Assembly (NCBI GenBank): GCA_950097015.1
Contig: CATNEN010000038.1
Coordinates: 29,636,001 to 29,700,000, forward strand
Length of the DNA stretch: 64,000 bases
DNA from: Macrostomum hystrix
Taxonomy: Eukaryota; Animalia; Platyhelminthes
Direction of reading: 5' to 3'
Shown here piece after piece: positions 52,459 to 64,000 of this stretch. The position numbers and the translations under genes are program-made. The first letter of the stretch is position 1; each line of letters starts with the position of its first letter. The notes under the pieces are model-generated. The model made no database searches, was not told the DNA's origin, and saw only the letters and a program-made list of their open reading frames with translations.

Positions 52459-55082
52459 ATGGACCACAGCAACCAGGCGGTTGAGTCCAGGTACTCCGCT
52501 GTAACAAACTCGCCAATTGCAGAGTCAGATTTGCATCGCGTCGAGCTGCACTGCCATTTCGAAGGCGCCCTACGGCCTGGCACCGTATTTAGCATTGCCA
52601 AGCGGCGAGGACACAAACTGCCAGTGGCGACAGCCCAAGAGTTCGCCGAGTTTATGCGCCGAAAAGAGCCCGCCCTGCTGCGCGAATTTCTCAGCTACTT
52701 CCCGGTGCTGATGTCATTCGTGGCCGGCGACCGGGATGGCATCGTCCAGTTGGCCGTGGACTTTGTTGAGGATTGCGCCTTGAACAAGATTGCCTACATT
52801 GAGAGCCGCTACGTGCCCCAGCTGTTCGCTAAGGACTCATTCACCGCTGAGGATGGACTCAAAGCTGTTCTGGAGGGCTTCGAGTTGGGTTCGAAACGCT
52901 TTGGTGTCAAGGTGCGATCGATTCTGATCTCAATTCGGGCAATTCCAGGTGAGAAAACTGATAGTGAACATTCAGTTCTTGCACAAGCTCATCTATATTG
53001 AGTCGCATTTGTTAGACAGTTTAAGTAATGTACTGAAGGCTGAAAGTGACACTTTTGAAGTTTATTTTTCAGCGCGATGGCCTGTACAAGACGCTAGTTA
53101 AACCTTCAAAGAGACTAGAAAGCTGACAGAACATTTCAGAAAAGCCTCCCTGAACTTTCCCTTGAGTGGCCAGCCCCAATGCATGGCGAGTGTGTATACT
53201 TCCGGAAAATCAGAAAGTCAGAGCAGATGTACTCATCCGTGTGAGTGTTTGCTCAGGAGTCAGCTGAATTGGCAAAAATGCCTCCCCGCTGGCTGCGGGT
53301 CTACTATCACGAAATGTTCCACCATTTGTCCACAGCTCACTAAAAGTATTATTACTGACCATATTACTCGTATTATACTTTATATTATTACTATACTTTT
53401 TAGGTCCACTTTTTCTTAAAGAAAATAGGTAAAAAATGTTAGGCTTAATAAGAACTCTAAAACTAGTCTCAATTTAAGTTGACATTTCTGCACACATTCG
53501 TTTGGGGCACAGCCGCGGAGAGAAGGCTTCGAGGCTTGTCGTGCAAATTATGCCTTTGAGGGCCAACCTCCAAGGCGCAGTGAAGGTGTACACTGCCTGA
53601 CGATGAGACAGTGTGTGCGTGTGTGCTCAGGAGTCAGCGAAGTGAGCAGAGTTGCCTCCCCGCTGGTTGCGGGTCTAGTCTCACCAATTGATGTGCCGTC
53701 ATTGCCCGCAGAGTTCTGCGAAGAGACTCTACGCCTGGCCAAGGCCTACGCTGCCCACGGCGTTGTTGGTGTCGACGTCGCCGGCGACGACAAGGAAGAT
53801 GACGACAGCGAGCGCGGCGGCACCCATCCGGACATTGTGGCGATGTTCAAGGAGGCCCACAAGGCCGGCATCCACCGGACTGCGCACGCCGGCGAGAACT
53901 CCGGCGCCGGGATGGTCGCCGAGGCGTTGGACATCCTGCAAGCTGAACGAATCGGACACGGCTATCACACGCTGGACGACCCGAGGCTGTACCAGGTGTG
54001 AATCTCAGGAGGATTATTTTTGGGGATTTGAGTTGTTGTTAAGTTTCGCAGTAAAATTGCGACGAGATCACAGCGAGCCAGCTGCCCAGCTGCAGCTATT
54101 GCGTGACGCCTTTGATCGCTGTGTACAGCGAGTGTACAGCTGTTCAGTCCATGGACTGGGGACAGGACGCCATGCCTACCCTGATTCGAACTCCTGACCC
54201 ACTCGGTCTGAAGTCAGCGCGAAAACATTCCTTCCACTCCGCTTACTCCTGGGCACACACGCACACAGACACTAGAAAATCTATTTGTTTTTTCTATTTT
54301 TCTTATTCTGTTGTTCTGATCTAAGGTGAGTGCCAGACTCACACAAATTTCTGCTCCAGGTGATATATACTGTTATACCCATTTGACGGCTAATGTGAAC
54401 TAAGTTGCAATCTCTTTATGAAGAAGTTGAAAAAAGATAATCCCAAATCTTTAAATGTATTAAATAGCTTAAAACGGCTAATTGAAGGACACTTTGAATT
54501 AGATAGCTTAAACGGCCTATTTAAGTTAGTTGACTTTGAATTTAATAGCTAAAACGGCCCATTTAAGGTCACGTTGGAATAAAAAGCATAAAACGGCCCA
54601 TTTAAGGTCGCTAAGTAATAGAAAGCATAAACGGCCCATTTAAGTACATCATGCAGTTTGTTGATAAACTAGCATTTGCTAACATGAAAGAAACACATAA
54701 TTCTCTGAAACATTGACTTCTGACTTCAAATCCGGTTCTCCTCTATTTCTCCGCCGTCAAGCGAGTCCTACACGAAGGCATCCACCTGGAGACCTGTCCA
54801 CTGTCCAGCCACCTGACATCCGCTGTGCTAGCTGACTGGCCTCATCATCCGATCCAACGATTGGCCGCCGACCGGGCCAACTATTCGATCAATACGGACG
54901 ATCCGACCTTCACTGGCCAATGGCTGGAGGCCGAGTACAAGTTGTGCTTCGATAGGATTGGTCTGCCACCGTGGGAACTCGTGCGCACCAATTACTGCGC
55001 TGCTAGGTCCAGCTTCCTCCCTGATGATGAGAAGGTCGATTTGCTGGCCAAATTGGACTCGTATTATCGGGTGCGACTATGA
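52459..55082 (+). CDS. ADA: Adenosine deaminase (ADA1-like). Exons 52459-52948, 53712-53995, 54762-55082; 364 aa
   Basis: ELHCHFEG, YIESRY.P, GVDVAGD, TAHAGE, ERIGHGY, ETCPLSS and INTDDP motifs; intron phases 1 and 0; AATAAA near 55198. Confidence 0.93.
53495..53711 (+). mobile_element. SINE family A copy ending exactly at the ADA exon-2 acceptor
   Basis: Body matches 28705-28963 through ...gatgtgcc..attgcccgcag. Confidence 0.8.
54460..54645. repeat. Degenerate ~39-bp tandem repeat, about 5 copies (agcataaaacggcccatttaagg), in ADA intron 2
   Basis: Recurrent aaacggcc.atttaag core. Confidence 0.75.
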
Positions 55083-56051
55083 AGCCGATTGTTGTTCTAT
55101 TGTAAAACTTTTAAATTGCAGACAATTGACAATGTGCTATCGAATTCAAATTCTATAAACTGAACTGAACTGAACACTGAACCCTCTTTAAACACGCAAT
55201 AAATCAAAAATAGATCCGTAAATAATTAGTCAATTTAAATTGCCTTTTTCAACTGGCTGTCATATCTGAACTTTGACGTTGACTGTTTTTCTGTTGTCTT
55301 TTTCTTCGACATTAAAAACTGACATTAGTTATGCGGCTGGGCTAGCGCGGTGTTTTAATTGGTGCCGCTTGTTTGTCTCGTTAAGTTCGATTCAAAATTC
55401 AGCTCCCGCCAGCCGCGCAGTGGTCAGAAAGTGGGGAGAACTCAGACACGGCGTCTTTGGGCCAGCGACTTAAAAAGTGCGCCAGCATTACTCAGAAACC
55501 TGTCATGGGATCTCGCCGTTCGCCCTTGGTCTAAAGTGGCAGCTTAAGACTTTGTGGTAAAAAAATTTTCACACCCTTTCGGCTCGCTAACTCTTTATCT
55601 TGGCCAATTGTTGACCTTCTCTTTTTGAATTTTTTGCAGAAAGATAACAAATGCACGGTCTTAACCGGACCAGTTTGTGGCCAATAAATGTGATTCGGTT
55701 TTTTTCAGTTACAAAAGTTCGTTAGCATGCAGTTGCTATGCGTATTGTACATGGCGGTAATCTGGCGGTGAACCAAAGGTGTGGCTTACTGATAAGTGGC
55801 CAAAAAACTGATAAGATTAAAAAACGGCATTCGAATTGTAGAATAAATTTTGCGCTTCAAGTTAACAAGTAGCTATTTAAAGTTGAAAAAATTAAGACCC
55901 TTTTCAAAAAAGTTTTTTGAACGTTCAAAGTTGAACTCATGCTGTGCTACTTGTTTAAGTAGAACAGTATGCAAATGTGCAGTGATTTATTATTGATTGA
56001 TTAAAAAAACTGCTGAAAACGTAGTCAAACAAGACAGTGTGCATTCTGAGC

Positions 56052-57377
56052 TCACTGCTCGTGGCCATAGACTTTTATCTCGCACAGGTTGACCAGGAAG
56101 TCTACATCGACCTCCCAGACCTGAAGCAGCGGGCTCGCCACCGTTTCACCCTGACAGGCATAGTCTATGGCCTCGACGCCTGCGGTGGTGGATTGGCCAG
56201 TCTTGACGCAATCGACGCCGGATTTGACTCTGAAGAAGGTGGCGCCGCGATTGTCGGGTCGGTAGATGCGGACGAAGGCCACCGGCTCAGAGTTGCTGAC
56301 ATTGAAGCCGCCTAGCCAGTAGGGAGAAGCGACTGGTTCCGACACTACGGTCGGCGAGTTCAAAGCCAAGTCGCCGTCGATGGCTCGATTGCACACTCCA
56401 GGCTCTTCAGTTGAACAGTAGGCAAAGCTGAGCGGCATTCGCTGCTTGGTGAATGCCATGACTTCAATAAGGTGCAGGCGGATCGGCAGCGGCTCGGAGT
56501 TCACCATCAGAGAACTCACATTTGGAAGGCCGGTGGTATAGCCGGCTTCGGTTGCGAGGCAGTCAAGAAGACGGTGTTTCCCCAGATGCTGATTCGCCTC
56601 GAGGCTGCCATTTTATAAATATCGAATAGGGCGAGTTACGAGCTCGTAAAATATTAAAATGATTTTTATGAATTACGTTATGAGCATATTATAGTGCACC
56701 TTGAGTCCTTTGCATCCTTGCAGCGCAAATTAATAGCCTTGGAGTCGCTAGCCAACGAAACAATGTACTTAGTTCGGCCACTGCCGCCAACCAACAGTTT
56801 CAGCTCGCTGACTTTGGACAATTGGCCAACGGTGTTGAAGACAGCGAAGTAGAAGTTATCTTGAATCTTACTGGCGGAGAAACAGGTGCTGGAGTTGCCA
56901 TCGCTGGCCTGACCGCATGCGCTTTGTTCAGGTGTGCAGAGGGCGATTGACAGACTGCCTGCATTGGCTGGGTTGAGGGGCAATCAGAGTATCTTAGCTG
57001 GTTGAATTATAGGTTGGACAATTAACAAAGACAATGATCAATAAACCGATAAACAGAACAGATCTAGCACCAAGGAAGTGGTTCATCAATCCATAAACTG
57101 TTTCTCCACTTTAGGTCCACTTCTTATAAAAACACCAATTTTTTTTTCTAACCGCTAAAGACAAATAAAAAAACTAATGGCACAAAATGACAAGCAAACA
57201 ACAGTAAATTGTAGATGTTACTATTTACAATGCCGTAAAATTACCGTAAAATTGAAAGAATTCACGAGCCATATGTTTTTATTTCAGTAATTTGATTGCA
57301 ATCTCACCTGCTCCAACGGTTTGCTGTGTTAACGATGATGCAATAGCGACCACGAAAGCTAACCATAATGCGTCCAT
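56052..57377 (-). pseudogene. Secreted tandem galactose-binding-like (F5/8C/fucolectin-like) gene with in-frame TGA. Exons 57377-57308, 56997-56700, 56604-56052
   Basis: Signal peptide MDALWLAFVVAIASS; two C..A.DG...L..(C)EV/I.(V)Y/F repeats; intron phases 1 and 2 are consistent; TGA at 56986-56984. Confidence 0.62.
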
Positions 57378-58529
57378 TGAATTGCTAATAAATGACGGAA
57401 ATGATAACACATAAAGTTTTTCTTTTGAGCTCGATCTGTTGTTTTGACTTGATTAAATTGAACTTTTACTTGACTTCACACCAAAAACTTGGGTGTGGAG
57501 GCTGTACACACGAGGCATGCGTAGAAGGTGGGGGCTGGCTGACGCATGACTCATCGCTGGGCGCCTATTGGCTGGCTTCTTGTGCTGAATAAAAAGTCTG
57601 CCCCCACAAATGTACATTTGTCTGGCTCTCTATCGATGTGCCACTTGTACACTTGTCAGTATTATTTTGATTGGCTGAAATTGACATTAAAAACGGTAAA
57701 TTTCGCATTTAAAAAATTATTAAAATTCTCATTCTTCAAACTTACCTAAAGTAAGTGAAAGTCAATAAGTTCAAATTTAATTGTAGTGAGTTTGTTTATT
57801 CATAGCAGCATTAAAATATTCGATTACGAATCTTCGTTTTGACTTTAGATGATAAACCTTGAGGATGCCGTTAATATTATTTATACGAGACAAGAATTAA
57901 AGTTTCATAAAAACATTAAAAGAACATAACTTCTATAAAATAAAATAACAGCCAGAAGTCTTCAAAGTACAATTACGAGTAAATTTAGAGTACGATTATC
58001 CTTCATCCAAAAGAGTAACTGTGCATTATTGCCAGTGGTGCAAATAGGCAACAACAGAAAAAATTTACGTTTTAGACGATCGCAATGCAGCATAACGAAG
58101 CAGACTAAAATGGATAGATTTTTGTGAGCTCATTATTGACAGCAATAAAATAGCCTATAATTTGAAGAGAGAAGCTTTTGACGCAAAGATTAATACGAGC
58201 TCTGAATTTTTACTTTATTAATTTTATTTTACTCGTACGAGTACCGGTCGAAAATGACGTTTAAATAAGCAATTAGAAAGTATAGAGCAAAATTACCTGC
58301 AAATAAAAAGTATATCAAGTAATGTAAGCTGCTAATGTTTTTGCGATAAAAATAAACAATATCATAGTGTACGAGTATATCTTCTCTGCTTGTTTGAGTC
58401 CGTAGCAAAGTTTATAAATCGTTCATCCAAGTGACACTAAAATTCACTATAGCGTGAACGAATTTCTAACGAGCATTGCATTACCAATGACTAGAGGAAT
58501 CCTTGAGTTTTTCACAAAAACTTAAATAA

Positions 58530-58810
58530 GGGAGTGAGCGTCAGCTCGCACCAAGGTCCCTGAGCTCGATTCCGCGGCGAGGCCACATTTGTTTCGAGCT
58601 CAGCCGCGTTGCGAAGGCTTGAAAGCGTGTCTCCAGGGCACAGTGATAGTGTACACTGCCTTTTTGCCTGAAGATGAGAAAGTCAGGGCAGATGCGAGTA
58701 CACACAACTGTGCATATCAGAATTTAGCGGAATGTGGCAGAATTGCCAACTCGCTGGCTGGGGTATATTGTCGCCAATATTTTTCCATTGCCCACAGCCC
58801 TCCAGCAAAT
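58530..58810 (+). mobile_element. SINE family A, degraded
   Basis: ccaaggtccctgagctcgattccgcggcgaggccacatt. Confidence 0.75.
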
Positions 58811-58894
58811 CTAATGTCCCTATATCTAACATTCCCATTTAATTGTTTGGATGAAAAAAACACAGAAAAATTTGAGCCTCATTAGTCAGGCAGC

Positions 58895-61800
58895 TCAGTT
58901 AAAGGCCTTATTAACCAGACATCTGGCTCTGACGGGCATTTCAGAAATCTCGACTCTGTTTTCGGCAGTTGCAGGCGGGCCCTCGTACCAGCGCCCGTTG
59001 TCGCCGGAGCTCGGCGAATTCGGCAACGGCTGCTTCATCAAGTCCGGTCCGGGAGGCGTGGACGGAGGCGGAACTCCAGCTCCAGCGCGCAGCATGGCAT
59101 TGGCAGCGGTCCACTTCCAAGCATCGGCGGGTTGAGTTGGTCGCCGAGTTTTCTTGCACAGCAGTACGCCAAGGTCCAGGAACATTTCCACGATTTCAAA
59201 CAGGGTCAGCACACTGAGGCCAAGCCACAGGCCAACCTGGGATTTGAGCGAGTGGGTTTTGAAAAGCATTATATGAATTGGGTACGGTGTTAGGCCAAAA
59301 GAGGCCATTTGTTCGAATCCTGGGCGAGATCGTCAATTAATTAATCGTGCAACAGAGACAGCCGAAAGAAAATCTAGCTTGGCGACCGTGTGCAATGGCA
59401 CTGACCCGCAGCCAGTTAGGGGGCAATTCTGGCCATTCCGTTGACTCCTGAGAACACAGGCACACAGAATTCCAGACTTTCTTATCAAACAATAGGTGGC
59501 GATGTACATTCAGTGTGCCTTGGGATTTAGCCCTAAAGGGTGTGAATAGCACCGAAAGCCTTCTCTCCGCGGCTGCGTCCCAAATTAATGTGACCTCGCC
59601 GCGTAATCGAGCTTAGGGACCTTGGTGCGAGAGCCAAGCGCGTAACTTCAATTATGCCCGCGGGGAGGTGGATGCTCGTGTGTACCCGATTAGTAACTTC
59701 AATTATGCCCGCGGGGAGGGGGATGCTCGTGTGTACCCGATTAGTAACTTCAATTATGCCCGCGGGGAGGGGGATGCTCGTGTGTACCCGATTAGTAACT
59801 TCAATTATGTCCGCGGGGAGGGGGATGCTCGTGTGTACCCGATTAGTAACTTCAATTATGCCCACGGGGAGGGGGATGCTCGTGTGTACCCGATTAGTAA
59901 CTTCAATTATGCCTGCGGGGAGGGGATGCTGGTGTGTACCCGATTAGTAACTTCAATTATGCCTGCGGGGAGGGGGATGCTCATGTGTACCCGATTAGTA
60001 ACTTCAATTATGCCCGCGGAGAGGTGGATGCTCGTGTGTACCCGATTAGTAACTTCAATTATGCCCGCGGGGAGAGGGTGCCCGTGTGTACCCGATTAGT
60101 AACTTCAATTTTGTTCGCGAGACCGGCCTGTCCAAGTTAGAGTAAATCAATTTCGCAAAATGTAACTTGTATTTCGTCTCTTCAGCACAAGCTATATTTC
60201 TCAAATGGACACAAACTTACCTGTCCTCCCATGTCTGACAGCACATCCAGTAGGGCATAGCCCTCAGAGGACACAACCATGTTCCTCTGAGGATCATTGA
60301 AGAACACTAAGATTTTCACAAAGTTTTTGCTACAAAGTAATTATTTGTATTTGTAAAATATTTTTATGAGATTATCTGCGCTGTTAGAGTGTAATGAAAT
60401 ATCAGCCAAATACAGTAGAAGCTTGTTACCTCATAAATGTACGTCTTGAGTCCATTGGCATTCGTTCAATGGTCTCTTTGATGTTTCTGTTGTAGCTCAT
60501 GATTTGTAGTTGCGAGTCATTCTGAAAATTGGAAAAAACGAAACAAACTTTGAATCCACTAGCTAAGAAGCGATGCTTCTCTATAGGTATATAATACCGC
60601 ATATGGCCATAACTTTGATTCTCTCCTTTGTGTCATGTCTGCCGCATCTCATCTCTTCCGTGTCTCAACTCTCCCATGTCTCACCTTTGCCCTGTGTCTT
60701 ATCCCTCCCCTGTGTCTTATCTCTCCCCTGTGTCTTATCTCTCCCCTGTGTCTTATCTCTCCCCTGTGTCTTATCCCTCCCCTGTGTCTTATCTCTCCCC
60801 TGTGTCTTATCTCTCCCCTGTGTCTTATCTCTCCCCTGTGTCTTATCTCTCCCCTGTGTCTTATCTCTCCCCTGTGTCTTATCTCTCCCTTGTGTCTTAT
60901 CCCTCCACTGTGTCTTATCTCTCCCCTGTGTCTTATCTCTCCCCTGTGTCTTATCTCTCCCTTGTGTCTTATCCCTCCACTGTGTCTTATCTCTCCCCTG
61001 TGTCTTATCTCTCCCCTGTGTCTTATCTCTCCACTGTGTCTTATCTCTCCCTTGTGTCTTATCCCTCCACTGTGTCTTATCTCTCCCCTGTGTCTTATCT
61101 CTCCCGTGTCTTATCTCTCCCTTGTGTCTTATCCCTCCACTGTGTCTTATCTCTCCCCTGTGTCTTATCTCTCCCCTGTGTCTTATCTCTCCCCTGTGTC
61201 TTATCTCTCCCCTGTGTCTTATCTCTCCCTTGTGTCTTATCCCTCCACTGTGTCTTATCTCTCCCTTGTGTCTTATCTCTCCCCTGTGTCTTATCTCTCC
61301 CCTGTGTCTTATCTCTCCCTTGTGTCTTATCCCTCCACTGTGTCTTATCTCTCCCCTGTGTCTTATCTCTCCCCTGTGTCTTATCCCTCCACTGTGTCTT
61401 CTCTCCCCTGTGTCTTATCTCTCCCCTGTGTCTTATCTCTCCCTTGTGCCTTATCCCTCCACTGTGTCTCATCTCTACCCTGTCTCATCTCTTCACTGTC
61501 TCATCTCTTCACTGTCTTATCTCTTCACTGTCTCTTCTCTCTGATGTGTCTGATCTCTCCGCTGTGTCTTCCCTATTATGTCTTATCTCTCCCGAATCTC
61601 AATTTTCCCTTGTCTTATCTCCTCTGCCTTGAGACACTTTCAATCTGGCCTGTTGTATTATATGAGATTTCTTCTTTGGCCATTGAGTTTGATCAGTTTT
61701 CTATTCTCCAGCTTTAGATTTTCTCGATATCAATAGACGTATTTCTCACAAAAGATATACCTTTGTTTGTGGCAGAATTTCTCATTCTGTGTGTGTTTTA

Positions 61801-62859
61801 TCACCTGTTTCGATTGTTTCTAGACAGAAAAGAAACTTCTAACAATAGGAACGACCAGACAACCACATTTCCAAAATTCAAGATCTTTGACAAAGATTGA
61901 CAGTGAATCAGAGAAATTCAAACAAAAGTTCATCGATTGCAACTCGCCCTTGGTTTAGTATGTCGCCATTGAGTAGCTCTATAATAGTAATAATTGAAAG
62001 ACGGCTGCAGGCAATAGCAGCCGTATTGGTGACACTAGACCCGCAGCCAGCGAGGAGGCAATTCTGCACATCTCGCTGACTCCAGAGCACACACGCACAC
62101 ACATACCCTACGCAGTAACACACTCACAAAATTGTGTACATCTGTGTACTTTCTCATAGTCAGGCATTGTACACTCCCACTGTGCGTTGGAGGTTGGCCC
62201 AGAAGAGCGTAAATTGCACGACAAGCCCCCCAACCCCAAATGAATGTGGCCTCGCCGCGGAATCGAGCTCTAGACCGCTGTCACTCACACACAATGAGTA
62301 ACATTACTAAGGATGTAAAAGAAAAAAATTTAAGTTAAAGATGAACCAATTGACGAAGTCCCTCACCTCGTATGAATCACTTGGCCACATCGAGTGCGAC
62401 AGTGATGGTATGAAGCTGTATTCACTGAAATAAATGTCATGCATTTCAAATGTCTGAGTAACATTGTGTTTGTAACGAGAACACATTGTAGAATGCTTGA
62501 TTACAATATTTAAAAGGCTGATTCAAAGGCAAATTTACTCACTCGCAATCTTGCTTGCAGGTTGTTGTGCAATCAGTAAAAGCATCCTTCTCAGCACTTT
62601 GAGCACACATGGCTAAAAATGAACACGTCGTCAGTGTGCTAATTATGCTCCAATTTCACTACATCTGAAAAACTGAAAACCAAAAACAAGCCTCACCGTT
62701 GGTGCTGATGGTCGAGCTTGTAGAGTTGTATTCGTACATGCAGATCGCATAGCTGCTGTTGTACAGAGGGTCAACAGTCGGATCGGATATGGGAAGATTA
62801 GGAGAACTGCAGCGGCAGCGCTTCTCCACTTTTCTCTGCATGCAGGTCTTCATGCAGGC
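58895..62859 (-). CDS. DEG/ENaC (ASIC/FaNaC-like) channel, 3' half. Exons 62859-62697, 62612-62543, 62424-62367, 60521-60430, 60329-60221, 59236-58895
   Basis: ACMKTCMQ...CRC cysteine-rich thumb, C...C..DC, S.S.WPS, NFVKILVFF, LSDMGGQVGLWLGLSVLTLFE (TM2 with GxS filter); all intron phases compatible. Confidence 0.9.
59390..59645 (-). mobile_element. SINE family A, in channel intron
   Basis: Reverse complement of head and 3' body. Confidence 0.7.
59642..60110. repeat. 51-bp minisatellite, about 9 copies
   Basis: gtaacttcaattatgcccgcggggagggggatgctcgtgtgtacccgatta. Confidence 0.95.
60640..61620. repeat. 18-bp minisatellite (cccctgtgtcttatctct), related to the 16-bp family
   Basis: Direct periodicity. 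Confidence 0.93.
61985..62285 (-). mobile_element. SINE family A
   Basis: Reverse complement of body and B-box. Confidence 0.75.
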
Positions 62860-63017
62860 CTTTTAAAATCAATTTGAGGAAATATCTTTTATTTTAAGCC
62901 TAAATTGACCGCACGAATACCAAGCCCGTTTTCCTGAAGTTTGTGTGCCTATGTAAAACCTGCAGCCAACATCTCCAATGGGAAATCAAGTCCTGGTACT
63001 TCTACTGTTGACAAATA

Positions 63018-64000
63018 TACGAGGGGTGTCCAAAAAGTAGTGATACTTTTGCTCGTACAGCCTTACTGCATGCTTGAAAATCAGCAAGTTTGGTGTTGTT
63101 GGAAAGCGAAAAATATCAGCTTTAATTTGACTGCAAACATTTAACAAAAACACAACCTATAACAAAGTTATGAATAGAAACACACAACAAGGTCAGCCAT
63201 AGAGTTACAATGAATTTATGCATGGTGTAACAGGTCAAGAAGTTTCGACAGTTAGTATGACTCATCATCATCAGGGAGGGAAGCTTTCTCGACATAATTA
63301 CCCCCCGATTGCACGCACTTCTCCCAGCGACGAAACAAGTGATCAATCGCATCTGCGTAGATCTGTCGCGGAATCACGTGCAAAAGTACTCTGCGGACTT
63401 CCTGTTCCAGGTGATCACGGCTGACATGGACACGGCCCCTCAGGTGGCGCTTCAATTGAGGGAAAAGGGCAAAATCCGCAGGCGCGAGATCTGGCGAATA
63501 TGGCGGATGAGGCAGAAGGTCAACTTTAGCTTTTTGATGGCCTCCATTGTTTGGTGGGCAGTGTGCGGCCGGGCGTTGTCATGATGCAGGATGACTGGCT
63601 TGACTCCCGAGCGCCGCTTATTTTGGATGTCTGCCTTCAGGCTTGCAAGGAGAGACGAATAACGGTCTGCGTTGATCATCGTATTCGGCTCCAGGAAGTC
63701 AATGGTGATTGGGCCATTACAGTCAAAGAAAACTGACAGCATGATTTTCTTACAGTGAGTTTCACGGCGAGCCTTGAGTGGTGGGTCGGAACCCTTAAGT
63801 GTCCACACTTTAGACTCTTGCTTTGTCGGCGGGTCAAAATGTGGAACCCACGTCTCGTCGCCAGTAACAATCAACTGGCGGAACTGATTCCAGCCACCGC
63901 GTTGACTTACCAGATTCAGGTTCCCTTGGCATGTCTGCTGGCGCTGCAGTCGCATATCAGCAGTGAGGAGCTTTGGGACCCAGCGGGCGCTCAGCTTAAC
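63018..64000 (-). mobile_element. Second mariner family element (3' part), transposase frameshifted near 63523; runs off the window
   Basis: TIR tacgaggggtgtccaaaaagt; WVPKLL, TGDETW, HHDNARPH and YSPDLAPADF motifs. Confidence 0.88.

Noticed and set aside
56037-56315. Plus-strand 92-aa ORF, and similar antisense ORFs over the ankyrin, protocadherin and ADA exons
   Set aside because: Antisense shadows of GC-rich coding exons
59642-60110. CRISPR-like appearance of the 30-, 33- and 51-bp arrays
   Set aside because: Head-to-tail units without unique spacers, no cas genes, eukaryotic context

Overview
Eukaryotic (metazoan) genomic DNA. GC-rich, polyQ-bearing exons, minisatellite-filled introns and dense tRNA-SINEs suggest a free-living flatworm such as Macrostomum (inference, not verified). 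Hand-spliced genes, in order: 3' end of an unknown gene; tRNA-His(GTG); CBF-beta (5 exons, missed by the ORF track); an ankyrin-repeat protein; a C2H2 zinc finger fused to two tandem, degenerate AlkB-like domains; a TMEM121-family protein; a 7-EC protocadherin; adenosine deaminase; a secreted tandem F5/8C/fucolectin-like gene with an in-frame TGA; and the 3' half of a DEG/ENaC channel. Mobile DNA: two mariners, a Merlin-like remnant plus a related MITE, an internally deleted RTE-like LINE, hAT/Charlie MITEs carrying a 16-bp minisatellite, a foldback element, two SINE families and well over a dozen tandem arrays. Most long ORFs in the track are tandem-repeat artefacts. Best novelty candidates: the ZnF-AlkB-AlkB protein, MITE-borne minisatellites, and a SINE that supplies the ADA exon-2 splice acceptor. 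All calls were made by eye, without database searches.
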